A DNA stretch of 64,000 nucleotides from Octopus sinensis (Eukaryota), in NCBI RefSeq assembly GCF_006345805.1, contig NC_043018.1, positions 27,466,001 to 27,530,000 on the forward strand, written 5' to 3'. The translations under genes and the position numbers were made by a program. How positions within the stretch are numbered: position 1 is the first letter of the stretch; each line of letters starts with the position of its first letter. Positions 37,951-51,592 of the stretch are shown piece by piece. The notes beneath the pieces are model-generated. The model was not told the origin of the DNA and did not search any database. It worked only from the letters and a program-made list of their open reading frames with translations.

Positions 37951-39429
37951 TTACTCCCTTTTTAATTCCTAACATTTGGCTTCATAGCTCTCCTGATTTA
38001 ACCCGACTACGTCTGTAGCGTCGTTGAGGGAGTGTCCAACAAGCATTCCCACCATACTAAGACTTGGGGACATTATAGCCAATATGAATACAAATCACCC
38101 TATTAAGGCATTTGGTCATTTCAGGAACTGTGTTGAGACAGTAATGGAGACTGATAGCGCTTATATTAAATAACATTTTTCACTGTAAGAATACGAGTAC
38201 CAAATTTTATAAAAATATATTGGATCTTCGAATAATTATTTTTGTGTTCGTTAAATTAAAACTTTGTTAATTTTCCATTAATTTTTTTTACGGAAATTTC
38301 TCGATGAATCTGTTAGGCGGAGTGAGTTCATTTCGCTTTATGTTGTGGAGAGTGGAGTTTTATTGATGTTTCTAGATTAAAATCCGATCGAAATAGAGTG
38401 CCTTCAAATGATCTTTTGAGTCACCTTACTCGACAGGAAGCGTAACTCGGAGTCTCTCCAACTGTTACCTCTCCTCATTGAAAGGTCAGAGCTCCCGTAC
38501 TACAGACTTAAGACTACAATGTCACCGGAAAGAATCGCAAGCCGGATTCTTCAAGCCGAGCCAACCGGGAGGAGATTAGTGAGTAGACCATGACGGAAAT
38601 CGCCGGATAATATCCATAGCCTCAGATGATCATGCTTGAGAATCAAACAACAAAGTTTCATGGTGGTTGCTTCTGATAGGAACCCACGAAGGCGGTGCTT
38701 GAGGTCTCTACTTCCACGGTCCACCTAGGAATAGTGTGCAGAGAAAATAGATGGATATACAATCGTTACTGTTTTGTTGCTTTCCTATCGTGGGGACACA
38801 AGCATGTCATCTCACACTTCGTACGATGTCCTTTTTCTTTTTCTCTCCTATTAAACACTTCAAGAAATAAATTTTAGTTGCAGAGGAAATATGCTTGGTT
38901 CAAAAGTTCATCGAGTGTCATTCCATTTGTCAAGTCAGTATTTTTTTCCTTCTGCAAAAAATAAAAAAAAAATACTCAGCTTGGAAAAGGAAAGAATCTA
39001 CGATTTTGTTTCCACCTTCCATCACTCTCCTTTTGTTCTCTCTCTCCCTCTCTTACCCTTTTTCTTCCTCACTCTTTCCCTCTGACACTCTCTCGTTCTC
39101 ACTCTATCTTTCTCTCTCTCCCTCTCCTTTTCTTTCACTCCCCCTTGCTCTTTCTTTCTTTCTCACACACACACACATATTCACACATACATACATTTTC
39201 CCATTTATTTTTATTCAGATAATTTTCAATGTTGTTATTCATTTTCTTCATATTTTATCATTTTATAAAAATCAAGAAGTGCTCAAAATGTTTTTTTTTT
39301 AAAGTTCAATTCCCATTGACCATAGTATTGATATTATTTATTTCTGAGTACATCGATACATCGATTATCTAAATTTCTAAATTTTTATAACTGAAATAAC
39401 ATTTTGAAAACTTTCTTCGAAAGCGCTAA

Positions 39430-39525
39430 TTTTCCTTTTTGATAACACTCACGGGTATATGTATGAATGTATGTATTTATGAATGTATGTATGTATGAAT
39501 GTCTGTATGTAGGCATGTATGTGTG

Positions 39526-39557
<32 letters not shown>

Positions 39558-40007
39558 TGGTGTGTGTGTGTGTGTGTGTGTGTGTGTGACTGTGTGTGTG
39601 TGTGTGTGTGCATGTTTGTGTGTATGCATGTATGTATGTATGTATGTATGTGTGCTTGTATGTATGTATATATATGTATGAGTGTATCACTGTATGAATG
39701 TATGTATGTAAGTATGTATCTGTACATGTATGTATGTATGTGTGTCTGTATTTATGTATATATCTATGTGTGCTTGTATATATGTATATATATGTATGAA
39801 TGTAAGTATGTATGAATGTATGTATGTATGCATGCATTCATGTATGTATATATGTGTGCATGCATGTATGTATATACTTATTTATGTATGCCTGTGTGTA
39901 TGTATGCATGTATGTATGTAGGTATTTTTCCATGTATGCATGTATGAGTGTATGTATGTGTGCATGTATGTATATACGTATGTATATGTGTATGTATGTA
40001 TGCATGC

Positions 40008-40042
<35 letters not shown>

Positions 40043-40330
40043 TGTATGCAAATATGTATGTTTGCACACACGTATATATGTATGTATTTATGTATGTGTG
40101 CATGTATGTATATACGTATGTATATGTGTATGTATGTATGTATGTATGTATGTATGCAAATATGTATGTTTGCACACACGTATATATGTATGTATTTATG
40201 TATGCATGTATGTCTGCATGTATGTTTGTATGTATGTCGATATATACATATACATATATATACATTCATACATGCATATACGTATAGATACATATACATT
40301 CATCCATTTACATACGCTAACACGCAATAT
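39430..40330. repeat. (ATGT)n/(GT)n compound microsatellite with a local ~110 bp duplication
   Basis: Direct reading; gcaaatatgtatgtttgcacacacg occurs at ~40048 and ~40156. Confidence 0.9.
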
Positions 40331-40394
40331 CATTTGGCTTGTTTGATTGGTTGATAAAAAGTAACCACCCAAAAGGTAACCTACGTGCTTATAC

Positions 40395-40430
<36 letters not shown>

Positions 40431-40803
40431 GTGTGTGTGCGCGCGCATGCGTGTGTATGTGTGTTTGTGGTGGTGGGTGCGTATGAATGTATGTACGTAT
40501 GTATGTATGTATGGTAATTAAGGATGAAACGAATAGGTGTTTTGGGTACCGCTACATATGTTTGCGTAGCGTAATTTTATTTAGAACATCGTACATTATA
40601 TAATTTGGCATGTAACAATATGCGAGATCATATAACATTATGTAAGATTATGTTTTCATAAAGCGCCACTTTGTCAGGTAATATACCATTGGGTGTCATT
40701 TAGGTGGTATCTTTAGTTCATATACCACCAAAAGAATGGCAGCAAATATCCATCCATCCATACATGCATACATACATACATACGTACGTATATACGCGCC
40801 TGC

Positions 40804-40836
<33 letters not shown>

Positions 40837-41270
40837 TAATATATATATAATTTACTTTTCCTTTAAGGCAAAAATCAGCAAAATAGGTACTCTATCTGGT
40901 GAGAAATAAATATTGCTTAATCTACAGGTATGAGCTACTTATAGTTTCATACGCAGGATATGCTGTCTAGGCAGGTTTTAATAACACGTCTGGAGTCACC
41001 AAGCTGTCTCTCAGATCTGAGCACATGGCCTATGCATGTTATATATCAGAACAATAGAAGCAGAGACTGCGAGAAAAAAAAACGAGAGTAAGGTGGATGA
41101 AAAATTGGAAGGGTGAAGAAAAAACAGAAAAAGAAAAGAACAGAGAATTAGAGTAATTTCCTCTATGATAATACAGCTAGTTGATGTAAAGTCAACGGAA
41201 AAAGTTTAAAGTCTGCGATACAGCTGCTCAATCTGGAGAGGGTGGTGTTTTCCAATTCAATAAAAGAAAC

Positions 41271-41900
41271 TAGCCTATATGTTTGCATTTGCCGAAATTT
41301 CTAATCTGGAATTCAATAGTTCTGTAGAATTCTTAGATCTAAAAAGGAAATGCAATCTTTTAGCTACACATAACTTGCAGTTTTTAATTCCATTAACATA
41401 TGGCATGGGTTTCCCATAATTTTCCACTTGATTATATGTAACATGGATTTGGACTTCAAACCCAATACGTGTCTAGCCAACTTAATGGCTTTACTTTTGC
41501 CTATGCGCTGGAAAGAAAATAGGTGATTAGCATAGCGTCTTTTGCAGTCGCATTCGCATAACCTCATATAACTCTTCTTTTCAGTTAGGTTATCATTTAG
41601 TGTTGCTATGACCTCTACCTCACTTACGATGGAGTCTATTATACACGCCTGGTGAAGTGGGAAGACACCAGAGTCTCTAGAGTTCCAGCTGGGAGTAGGC
41701 TCTGTTTTGGTGTTTACAGGTAACGGGGCACCAGCTATATGATAATTTAATTGAGCGTCTGTTAAAACTGTTTCTATATTTGTGATTTCCTTGGAAATGC
41801 TTATCCAATAGAGACAGGAATCTCTTACCTACGTTACTTTTAACATTTAAGGAGAATTGGGGGGGGGACCAAATTATTTTCCTAGGGATATTCTTTAAGT
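41271..41900 (-). pseudogene. Second Penelope-like (Naiad-type) linker plus GIY-YIG remnant
   Basis: RKIIWSPPQFSLNVKSNVGKRFLSLLDKHF...KLSYS; KSYMRLCE..KRRYANHLFSF...IKWKI; KNCKLC...LLNSRLE...KCKH. Confidence 0.85.
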
Positions 41901-42039
41901 CTATTTTCTTAATTCCTATTATTAATTGAGAGTTTATAATATATATTATCTTTTGAGACACCATTAGATAAGCATTTCTCAGAAAATAACACACAAAAAA
42001 CGAGTAAATATCTTCAGTGTAAAAGAAATTGAGGAAGTA

Positions 42040-42410
42040 AATAGTGCCAAGAACCCCAAATTTGCCATCAAGATGTAGGACAAGATACTGTGACAGCCTG
42101 GGCTTCAGAGGCCCACAGCTCTTCAATATCCTCCCGAAGGACCTGAGAGACCTGCATGTGGAGGATGCAGATGTCTTTAAAATAAAACTGGATCTCTTCC
42201 TGTCAGGTGTCCCAGATGAACCAACTTCACGGCAGGAGATGCAGATGAGGGCAGCTGCATCGAACTCTCTCATGCACCAAATGGCATTTGCTAAAATGCA
42301 TTCGTGAAGTAAAATCATGTAGCAACACCAAATGGCGGTGCCTCAGCATGGCCACAGCTCGTGAGCTGAAACTAGATAGATTAAAATAAATAAAATAAAT
42401 AAAAATAAAT
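42040..42410 (+). mobile_element. CR1/L2-type LINE 3' end
   Basis: RGPQLFNILPKDLRDL...FKIKLDLFLSGVPDEP...RAAASNSLMHQ, then catggccacagctcgtgagctgaaactaga and an (AATAA)n tail. Confidence 0.75.
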
Positions 42411-42587
42411 AAAAGTAACAAAACACCAAAATTTAATTTCTGGTAAGCATTGTTTTCTTCGTGCAGTGAATTTGACATCCATTCTTCCCGTGTGTTTACA
42501 TATAGATTTAGCCTTACAGCGCCGATTACTTATATTGTGCACTCAGCCTCAGTGATTAAATATATATGTGTTTGTATGTACGTATGT

Positions 42588-42820
42588 AGAGGCGAGTGGC
42601 TTAGTGGTTAGGGTGTCAGCATCATGATCGTAAGATTGTGGTTTCGATTCCTGGACCGGGCGACGTGTTGTGTTCTTGAGCAAAATACTTCATTTCACGC
42701 TGCTCCAATCTACTCAGCTGGCAAAAATGAGTAACGCTGCGATGGACTGGCGTCCTGCCCAGCTGGGGAACACATACGCCATTGAAACCGGGAAACCGCG
42801 CCTATGAGTTTGGCTAGGCT
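42588..42820 (+). mobile_element. tRNA-derived SINE family 2
   Basis: Head gtggcttagtggttagggtg...ggtttcgattcc. Confidence 0.8.
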
Positions 42821-42900
42821 TTAAAAAAGGCGCATTTATTTATTATTTATGTACGTATGTATGTAAATTAAATACTCATGAAGGAAAATGAGTTTTACAT

Positions 42901-42975
<75 letters not shown>

Positions 42976-43666
42976 CATATATACTTACTATACACATACG
43001 CACCAACAAACGTACATATGTATGTATGCATGTTGATATGTATATGTGCAGTTAAGTATGTTCGTACATATATTTTTGTGTAACTTTTGTAAGGTTTGGC
43101 ATGAAGTTGGCATGAAATGTCAAGTCCACTTCTCTCCACCTGATAGCAGCGGCACAATATTTAAAGCCGAAATTTGATCTGGGGAAGTAGTTGAGTTTCT
43201 CAGAAACTGTCGCCTCAACATCATTAAAGTACTACTTGGTGATGCCATCAGAAGCATCTAAGCAGGGGATTCTGTGAAGAACCGCACAGAGGGAAACGAA
43301 ACACATAGTTCAAAATATGCTGAAGTGGGAGAATTATACCGAAACAACAGGTGATGTGCAAGAGACGATTCTCCTGAAGTGGGACGCCAAGTGGTTGTTT
43401 GCCAGTCCCTCTGTAGATCCAACAACATTCTAGGCATTAGAGGGAAATCCATTAAGCAGAAGGCCATCAAGTTCGCTAGTGAGGGTAGGTATGGATAAAG
43501 AGGTGTGAGGGGTGATTATGGGTAAGGTGAGCCAGCCTAGCACTAAATGGACACAAGCTGGTTCGCTCGGATATGGGTAGGTGTCTGATTGTTTTTTGGT
43601 TTATTTTTGGCGTGTTACATATTTTTACTGGTATTATCACCATAAATGTGCACATAGATTTATCAA

Positions 43667-43724
<58 letters not shown>

Positions 43725-43959
43725 ATTATTATCATCATCATCATCATCATCATATTTGTGGAATAGCGTGTAATAAGATGCAACGGCTTTTTTGATGATC
43801 CTGATACTCGGTGAAACCGTAACAGCAGCAGCAACAATAACAATAATTATAATAATATTGGTGACGACAAGGATAATAATAATAGTAATAAATATATGCG
43901 TGTATATATATATACATATATATATGTATGTATATATATATATATATATGTATGTATAA

Positions 43960-43990
<31 letters not shown>

Positions 43991-44555
43991 TATACATATA
44001 TAATATATATTTATATACATATACACAGAGAGAAATATGCATATGCTTATATATACATACATAGAGCGAAATATGTATATGTATATATATATACATACAT
44101 ACATATATATATTCTTATATATATACATATATTTATATACATATATATATACATTTATATATATATAATACATATATATACATACACACACACACACACA
44201 CACACACGAGTGATGTTCGTAGATTTGGGGTATCAGTTTCTATAAACATCATGTTTTGTTAGCCGGTTTAATAATAGGTTTAACGAGGGAACAAAGAGCG
44301 GTGCTGACAAGCTATCGCCCTGCTGATTATGTATGACGTTTAGATTTAATTGGCATGTTTTCACCTCTCAAACGTGTACCATGTTTGCTTAGATTCCCAA
44401 TAGCAATTACCAGTGGTTCTGACGCCGTAGTTAGTTGTAAAACTTTGATAAGACACCGATGGGAATTACAAATATTCCGCACATCTTTTCCTTACAATTA
44501 TATTTTTTTTATTTTCTTGTCTTCTTGTTTCTCTTTATCATGTCGCTTGTTCTAT

Positions 44556-44591
44556 CTTTCTGATGAAGATAATACTTCCGAAACGTTAAAG
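44556..44591 (+). ncRNA. Candidate minimal hammerhead ribozyme
   Basis: cttt CTGATGA agataatacttcc GAAA cg TT aaag; stem II weak. Confidence 0.5.
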
Positions 44592-44880
44592 AAGTTTGCA
44601 TTTTGCTGAGGATGAACTTGCTAACGACAACACATTAATTTTAATGCGAATTTGGTATTGCCATTTTGGGGCTGTTCATATGTTCTATCTATTTATCTAT
44701 CTATCTATCGATTTATCTATCAGTCTGCCTGCCTGTCTGCCTGTCTGTCTGTCAGTCTGCCTATCTGTCCATATGTCACCATCCATCTATCCATCATCTG
44801 TTTGTCTATCTGTCTGTTTATCTCTCTATATACATACATACATACACACACACACCACACACACACACACACAACATAAT

Positions 44881-44924
<44 letters not shown>

Positions 44925-45604
44925 TATAATATATATACATATATCTGTCTATCTATTAATCGACCTGATTATATAATTATCACTCTATCTATTGTATCTG
45001 TTTGTGCATCTGTCTCTGAATTTAAACGCGCGTTTCAATTGTAGAGTTTAAGAATTGATAGCTAGAAACAGAAGGTGAATGTCCACCTGGATTCTCAATC
45101 GGTGGATATCTCACCAATTCCAGCTACGCTGGTGATATTTCTGAAATAAACGAATCCTCTCAGGGTTTACAAGCCTTTATTAGAAGGATACATCAACTAT
45201 AAAACTGGATTAAAGAAAAAGAGATTGTACAGGCGGCTGACTTGATCCAGAAATGTATTAAAAAACAAGAAACAAATATTAAAAACAAGAAACAAAGAAA
45301 AACATAAGAGTGAAGCAGAAGTCTTCAGAAGGATCATAAAGAAATTATTGAATTGTTTGGATTGGTTTCAGATGATCGCAGTTTGCTGAGTTGACTGCAT
45401 GAGTAACCGAGGAAAATTAAGGTGCAGCATGAAAGTAACAGGAGATTTATTGCAAGCATAAATGGTGATCGTTGACCACAGGAGTGAGTAATACCGACAG
45501 AGTGGTGAAATCTCTATGGCCTCTCCTGTATTGTTACATATTCAATACGAGATCAGATGGAGTAATATGCATACATGCATAAGTACACATACACTTTATC
45601 TGTA

Positions 45605-45692
<88 letters not shown>

Positions 45693-45724
45693 TTTATTTA
45701 AAAGCAGCAGAAATTGAACAAAAG

Positions 45725-45762
45725 CTGTTACTCGGAGTTTCACGTTCCCGTTCGTCGGACAG
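45725..45762 (-). ncRNA. Family B hammerhead with CCGACGA core variant
   Basis: Sense ctgt CCGACGA acg-ggaa-cgt GAAA ctc-c-gag TA acag. Confidence 0.65.
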
Positions 45763-45870
45763 TTGTTTAAGATGGAACCGAGATGACAATTCGATCGAAA
45801 TTAACATAAACGATACACCTTTTGAGTACGCTTTTTTCCACCTTGTTTCACATTTATGTGTTTACTCCGG

Positions 45871-45971
<101 letters not shown>

Positions 45972-46057
45972 CATATATATATAGACATAGATATAGACAT
46001 AGATATATACATCACATAGATGTATGTGTGTGTGGTGCGTGTACAAAAATATAAAAC

Positions 46058-46517
46058 TTGAAAATGCACTGAGAATAGTTAACAAAAGTTTTACTATACT
46101 CAAAGATTTAATCGATTTGACAGTTCACATTTATTTTCAACAGTTGAGATATAAAGACGTGGGTTATGCCGCATCTACCATGCCTCTGGTTAGTGTTTGA
46201 AGCTTGTACTATTTTGATAGGGAGTACATAGCTCAAATTACTATATGTTTAAGATACGACTTGACTGGTAGAGGATAGTCACATGACAAAAATTTCTAAG
46301 ACCTGATATGTGGCTATCCTTTACCAATCAAGTTGTATCCAAAGCATATACTATACACTCTCTATAAAAATAGGACAAGCTTCGAACACTAATCAGAAGC
46401 AAGAGAATTGCAGCATAAGCCACCTCTTTCTATCTCAACATTTGAAAATCAGTGTGGACTGTGAAACTGGTTAGATCTTCAAATATAATAAAAACTACTC
46501 TCAGTGCATTTTCAACA
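46058..46517. repeat. Old imperfect ~460 bp palindrome (MITE/foldback-like)
   Basis: Outer ends ttgaaaatgcactgag / ctcagtgcattttcaa; arms alignable by eye along ~220 bp. Confidence 0.75.
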
Positions 46518-46580
46518 TCTATTTTTTTCTATATTTCTTCCCGTATGGAATAAAATGACTTAGTTTTATATATATATAAA

Positions 46581-47120
46581 TATTACATTTCGAAATATCT
46601 CAGAGATATATGCAGTAGCGGTACGATAGTTGTTGTATACTGTTAACTTAATGTGACAATCCCATGAAGGGAATCACACCACTGCTATTTAGCCCTAGGA
46701 AGCAACAACGCTTCCTGTTGGCCTTGACACATTTCAACTACTCTATCGTACCACTACTGCTTATATCTCTCTGAGATATTTGTGTAATCAGTGGATTCAT
46801 TTCACTAGAATTCTTATATGTTTATAAGGCCTAGACAAGCAACTCCTGCTAGCAGGCCATCCTACTCCAGACTGATGACGAACAAAACTCAGAAACTAGT
46901 CTCTTGATGCAGGCTTAGCTGAATGTGGGTGCTTGTCTCCCCTTTGTAAACATAAGGATACAGGAAATGTGTCAAGGCCGAGAGAAAGCATTGATGCTTC
47001 CTAGGGCTAAATAGCAGTGGTGTGATTCCCTTCATGGGACTGTCACATTAAGTTGACAATATACAACAGCTATCGTACCACTACTGCATATATCTCTCTG
47101 AGATATTTAGAAATGTAATA
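46581..47120. mobile_element. PLE-type foldback with ~155 bp arms
   Basis: 46581-46735 is the reverse complement of 46964-47120; (TA)n flanks. Confidence 0.8.
46869..46904 (+). ncRNA. Minimal hammerhead ribozyme, GUC cleavage site
   Basis: aga CTGATGA cgaacaaaactca GAAA ctag TC tct; stem II imperfect. Confidence 0.6.
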
Positions 47121-47125
47121 TTATA

Positions 47126-47158
<33 letters not shown>

Positions 47159-47599
47159 ATTATATATTACATCTTATCTTTCATCTACTTCTTTCAGCAA
47201 ATAGAGTGCAGATATGTTGCATTGAAGAAGTTTTAGTCGAATGATTCCATCACAGTAGATATAGGTATTTTATTTTATTTATTCTATCGATTTCTTTAGT
47301 CGAATAACTAAATTAAAGGTGTGCTTAAACACAACAACACGGTTGTCAAGCGGTGGTGGGAAACACTGAAAAACAACACAAACACACACACGCACACACA
47401 CACAAACACACAAACACACACACATACAAACACACATACACTCAAACCATGTATCGGTAGCCAGCTGGAAAAGATGTTTACCTCAGGATAAAAAGTAGTA
47501 ACATCATCCTACGTAGGACTGCCACACTGTTTTGGCAAATAAACTTCACTGTACGGTACTGTTAATACATATATCTCTGCAGCATGTCACACGTGCAGG

Positions 47600-47963
47600 A
47601 GAACCCATTCATGGCTGTCATACAATTTCTGCGACCATACCACCTCTAAAATCTGGCCACTTAACTCCCAAGGTTGCAACCACCTTCATTGAGCAAGATG
47701 CAAACAAAACTCCTAGTAACATCAAAGATGAACTGAAGGCAAAGATTACAGCAGCATTCAGCAAATTAAGCAAGGAGACTGTCCAGAAAAGTTGCAGGGG
47801 ATTCTGAAGTCGTCTGCAGGCTGTGGTTGAAGCCAATGGCGATTTTATTGAATAAATTTACTCTTTAGTATTTCAAGATATTGTAATGTATTTTTGGCAA
47901 ATATATTTGTTAAAATGAGATGTCAGTGCTATTTTCGTTTTTGTGTTTATTCACAACACCCTG
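47600..47963 (+). mobile_element. Tc1/mariner (maT-like) 3' fragment with right TIR
   Basis: NKTPSNIKDELKAKITAAF...LQAVVEANGDFIE*; terminus caccctg|TA. Confidence 0.75.
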
Positions 47964-48012
<49 letters not shown>

Positions 48013-49010
48013 TATATATATATATATATATACATATGTATATATGTATATATATTATATACATATATATATACATATATATATTATGTATATATATATA
48101 TATATAATATATACATATATATATATGTGTATATATATCTATATATAATATATAAATAATATATATATGCATATATACATACATATATGTACATACCTAC
48201 ATATATATGTATATATACATGCATATATGGGTACAGGACATCAAAAAAATTAGACACAATGAGAAACGAAAATATAAAAACAAAAACATAGAAAACTTTT
48301 TTCGAACAACGCAAAAAAGAAAAACAGAGAACAAAGACATGCAACATAAAGAACATTCTTTTCTTCAGTTACTCTTGTTTCATCTACTCCACATTTCGAA
48401 GGTAAGGTCAATACGCGTCTTCGTTGAAACAGTCCTTCCCGCAAAGCAAATTAAATAAAATTCGGGATTTTTTGCGGAAGGCGTAAGTGGTAACAAGAAG
48501 AGTACAGTGAGAACAAGACAGTAAAAAACGGTGAGCGCTGTTAACCCAAAGCGATGTGAAAACTTATGAAACACCGCGCTTCTTTCAGTTTCCGTCTACC
48601 AAATTTACTCACAAGGCTTTGGTTCGTCATGAGCTTTATGTGAAGACACTTGTCCAAGATGCAGCGTAGTGGTACTGAACTTGGAATCATGTTGTTGAGA
48701 AGGAAGCTTCTTAGTGTGTGTAGCCTGTGTGTGTAGTATGTGTGTGTAGTATGTGTGTGTAGTATGTGTGTGTGTGTGTGTGAAGTTTTAAAAAAATGAC
48801 GTGAAATAGTTATGAAATACGAAAAGTATTTTCTTCTGCCAAAAAATATAAATTATGTCACAGGAAAATTCTTTAAAGTAGAAACAGGTTCACAAAGATC
48901 TGATGAAAGCACCGTATCAACAGTTTTGATTGAAGATCCGTGTTGTACCTGCTTTTTCGTTTCATATAATTAATACTTTGTAATTCAGGATATTCTTATG
49001 AAATACATAC

Positions 49011-49092
<82 letters not shown>

Positions 49093-49167
49093 TATATATA
49101 ATATATATACAGGAAAATTGAAACTGAAAACGGGCAACTAACCTTTAGAAAATTTAGATTTCGTTAT

Positions 49168-49231
49168 CTCTATATTGAATCAATTTCGGACTTAATCTTA
49201 TAAAAAAAGATATATTCCTTCTTCAGTAGAA
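49168..49231 (-). ncRNA. Hammerhead ribozyme, family C (left arm)
   Basis: Reverse complement of the 49362 motif. Confidence 0.7.
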
Positions 49232-49361
49232 CTTTCGATGGGATATAAATAAAATACTCACGTATGATCATGGAAAAAGCACAAGCTAAAAACATAACTA
49301 CACTTGAGTACATCACTTATATCTAAAAATAAAAATTCTTTTATTTATATCCCATCGAAAG

Positions 49362-49423
49362 TTCTACTGAAGAAGGAATATATCTTTTTATAAGATTAAG
49401 TCCGAAATTGATTCAATATAGAG
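49362..49423 (+). ncRNA. Hammerhead ribozyme, family C (right arm)
   Basis: ttcta CTGAAGA agga...tcc GAAA ttga-t-tcaa TA tagag. Confidence 0.7.
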
Positions 49424-49668
49424 ATAACGAAATTTAAATTTTCTAAAGGTTAGTTGCCCGTTTTCAGTTTCAATTTTCCTGTAACAAGCGGATTATAAGC
49501 GTATAAAACAGTGTATTTGGCTTTAGAATAACCCCCTTTAGCCCTTAATTATATGATGTATATTGCAACCGTAACGGTTTTTTTAAATATACTGCCCACG
49601 CTTCCTGATGAATTCCTTTGCTGTAGAGTAAGGGACTTCATCCTATATATATATATATATAAATGTCC

Positions 49669-49722
<54 letters not shown>

Positions 49723-49741
49723 CAAACAAATATGTATATGC

Positions 49742-50195
49742 GGAAGGCGGCGAGCTGCCAGAAACGTTAGCAAGCTGGACGAAATGCGTAGCCCATACTT
49801 CGTCTGCCGTTACGTTCTCAGTTCAAATTCCGCCGAGGTCGACTTTACCTTTCATCCTTTCGGGGTCGATAAATTAATTACCCGTTATGCACTGGGGTCA
49901 ATGTAATCGACTTAATATGTTTGTCTGTCCTTGATTGTCCCCTCTGTGTTTAGCCCCTTGTGGGTAGTAAAAAAAATAGGTATTTCGTCTGCCGCTACGT
50001 TCTGAGTTCAAATTCCGCCAAGGTCGACTTTACCTTTCATCCTTTCGGGGTCGATTAAATAAGTACCAGTTACGCACTGGGATCGATATAATCGACTTAA
50101 TCCGTTTGTCTGTACTTGTTTGTCCTCTCTGTGTTTAGCCCCTTGTGGGTAGTAAAGAAATAGGTATTTCGTTTGCCGTTACGTTCTGAGTTCAG
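49742..50195 (+). mobile_element. SINE family 3 with a tandemly repeated ~180 bp body
   Basis: Unit restarts at tttcgtctgccg at ~49798, ~49983 and (variant) ~50166. Confidence 0.8.
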
Positions 50196-50992
50196 GGCGC
50201 CAAAGTTTTGTGAGTGGATTTGGTAGGCAGAAACTGTAAGAAGCCCGTCGTATATGAATATATATCTATATATATATATATACATTTGTGTGTGTGAGCG
50301 TATGTGTGTGTGTATGTGTATCTTTCTGGTTGCTTTTGTCCCCGCCATCGCTTGAAAATTGATGTTTGGTTGTTTACTTAAAAAGCAGGTTAAACCTAGC
50401 GGTTCGCCATAAGTGTCCGATAGAATACGTACCAATGCTTAACTAAATATGTACTGTTGTAGATTTGTCCAAAGAACCTTCCAAAGCGGTGCCACAGCAT
50501 GGCCACAATCTAATGGCTGAAACAATTATAAGAAACCATGATGAAACGATATACGCGTTTGATCATTGTCCTACTTGTTTAAGGACTGACCTAGGGCTAA
50601 ACGAAACGACAACGGCAATAACTGCAACAACAAATTATACGTACAGTCGGAATGACAAGGGTGGACAAGTTATATAAATGTAGTTCTCACATATACAAGA
50701 ACTAAGACAAGCATAACATCATCAACAACAACAACAGAAGAAAACCCCACCGATCCAACCTCCACCATCACCACAAACATAATAATAATAAACACAACAA
50801 CGACATACTAATTAATTAGATCACTAGCTAACGAACTAACTAACTTCGGTATAAATAAACCGAAAGGTCTTTCAGTGCTTGATATATATGTGCATATAAG
50901 ACGTATGTGTATATATATACGTATATAGTATGTAGTATGTATGTATGTATGTATGTATGTATGTATGTATGTATGTATGTATGTATGTATGA

Positions 50993-51050
<58 letters not shown>

Positions 51051-51527
51051 ATATGTATGAATGTATGTATGTATATATATGTTTATGTATGTATGCCGGT
51101 ATATATATATATTATGTATGTACGTATACATAATTGTGAAGGTGTGTCCTTTTATGTATGTTTGTATACTCACTATAAAGCACTGGATGGATGGATGGAG
51201 AGATATATGTATATGAACTTACGTTTATGTTATACAGACATATATATATATATAGATAGATATATATGCTATATATTATATATATATAGTATATACAGTA
51301 TATACATATTATATATATATGCATCATATATATATACATATAGATATATATATATATATATATATATAACATATATATATATTGCATATATATATATACA
51401 TATATATATAAATATATACATATATATATATAGAATATATATATATACATATATATATAGATGCATAAATATATATTCATATATATATAAATATAACATA
51501 TATATATATAGATATATATTATATATA

Positions 51528-51592
<65 letters not shown>

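Larger units (their letters stand above)
49109..49482. mobile_element. Foldback with 146-bp arms, each carrying a hammerhead
   Basis: 49109-49254 is the reverse complement of 49339-49482; 84-nt spacer. Confidence 0.9.

Noticed and set aside
37060-43480. Possible LINE/LTR coding scraps at 37060-37300, 38380-38700 and 43130-43470
   Set aside because: No diagnostic motif recognisable with confidence without a database search.
48236-48560. TA-associated repeat (partial copy at 27710-27900) with ctgaaga on the minus strand
   Set aside because: I could not assemble a complete HHR fold; left as an unclassified repeat.
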